Positions 63,873 to 64,000 of a DNA stretch of 64,000 bases are shown here, in pieces. Made by a program: the position numbers and the translations under genes. Source of the DNA: Verrucomicrobiota bacterium (GTDB taxonomy: Bacteria > Verrucomicrobiota > Verrucomicrobiia > Limisphaerales > CANJXF01). How positions within the stretch are numbered: position 1 is the stretch's first letter; each line of letters opens with the position of its first letter. The stretch spans positions 1-64,000 of the forward strand of contig JBBQRQ010000005.1 of assembly GCA_038214755.1 (NCBI GenBank), read 5' to 3'. A model generated the notes under the pieces. The model had not been told where the DNA came from, searched no databases, and saw nothing but the letters and a program-made list of their open reading frames with translations.

Positions 63873-64000
63873 ATGCTGTTTGAAACGGTTTATGAAGATG
63901 CGGATTTGCTCGTGGTCAACAAACCCGCCGGACTGGTGTGTCACCCGACCAAAGGCGATAAATTCTCAAGCTTGATCAGCCGCGCCCGATTGCATTGCGG
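63873..64000 (+). CDS. RluA-family pseudouridine synthase (5' part; runs off the window)
   Basis: MLFETVYEDADLLVVNKPAGLVCHP motif, read directly from the sequence. Confidence 0.85.
   Translation, partial: MLFETVYEDADLLVVNKPAGLVCHPTKGDKFSSLISRARLHC

Overview
Gene-dense bacterial window, most likely from a Verrucomicrobiota (Pedosphaera-like) genome. This is inferred from the PEP-CTERM variant, PVC-type cytochrome, DUF1501 and PSD1 proteins, long GreA and eukaryote-type HisA. Housekeeping and envelope genes include rsmB, greA, an M1 aminopeptidase, glycosyl genes, batA/batB, tamA/tamB-like genes, hisA, rpsU, an NtrC-family regulator and pilMNO(P)Q. There is also a heavy-metal RND efflux operon and a broken PIN toxin-antitoxin pair. 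No rRNA, tRNA, CRISPR array or transposase was recognised. The window is heavily loaded with short palindromic repeats: about ten REP-like families, MITEs and tandem 7-9-mer hairpin arrays. Many of them sit in frame inside protein-coding genes. The top candidate system is a four-helix-bundle (23S-IVS/Avd-like) gene embedded in the tolC-cusB-cusA operon. Six hairpin clusters of a private GAGCGT/ACGCTC repeat surround it; they are seen only in this operon, and five of them are translated in frame. All product calls come from motif recognition by eye, not database searches.
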